Shown: positions 63,901 through 64,000 of the stretch, piece after piece
Layout of the letters: every line of letters begins with the position of its first letter
How positions within the stretch are numbered: position 1 is the first letter of the stretch
Program-made: the position numbers and the translations under genes
The notes under the pieces: model-generated
Seen by the model: only the letters and a program-made list of their open reading frames with translations
Databases searched by the model: none
What the model was told of the DNA's origin: nothing
Virus record (IMG/VR): IMGVR_UViG_3300043427_002369
Location: 1 to 64,000 of that record
DNA from: a virus
Length of the DNA: 64,000 nucleotides
Direction: 5' to 3' (one strand)

Positions 63901-64000
63901 ATGACTGACCAACAACAAGATCTAAAAAATATTATTGAGACACAAAAAACTTTGATCAACGAAATCAATGAACTCAATAATTCCATTGCCGTGAAAAAGG
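63901..64000 (+). CDS. Small coiled-coil protein, truncated by the window end
   Basis: MTDQQQDLKNIIETQKTLINEINELNNSIAVKK..., open to the window edge. Confidence 0.6.
   Translation, partial: MTDQQQDLKNIIETQKTLINEINELNNSIAVKK

Overview
This is a 64-kb segment of a large T4-like cyanophage (Kyanoviridae-type myovirus) genome, almost entirely coded on the + strand. (1) ~1-7020 is a relatively GC-richer early region of ~25 mostly small genes. These include an ArdA-like antirestriction protein, a ligase-like KxDG nucleotidyltransferase, a PD-(D/E)XK-like nuclease and an intron-less tRNA-Leu(UAA). The genes are organised as cassettes headed by a repeated 24-bp palindrome (consensus TGTGCCAGTT-N4-AAGTGGCACA, 11 copies) placed 29-30 bp upstream of a sigma70-type -10 box. 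(2) ~7020-7270 is a non-coding junction. (3) ~7270-39510 is the conserved, AT-rich late module: GT-A glycosyltransferase, gp25, gp6, a 4521-aa gp7-like protein, gp8, a 2779-aa VrlC-like virion protein, a possible NblA-like peptide, gp13, gp14, gp15 and gp16. (4) ~39530-64000 is the hypervariable island after g16. It holds fibre proteins, a 2759-aa nearly proline-free Thr/Ser/Gln collagen-like fibre ending in an S74 chaperone, a 12-repeat double beta-propeller adhesin with hypervariable loops, a glycosyltransferase, two 2OG-Fe(II) dioxygenases on the minus strand, and a second collagen-like fibre. The best candidates for undescribed biology are the palindrome-headed early cassette array, a possible phage-encoded system for modifying its own collagen fibres, the variable-loop propeller adhesin, a phycocyanin-like KCxRDIGY motif in a fibre protein, and compact intergenic pseudoknots. 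All family calls come from motif recognition by eye; no database searches were run.
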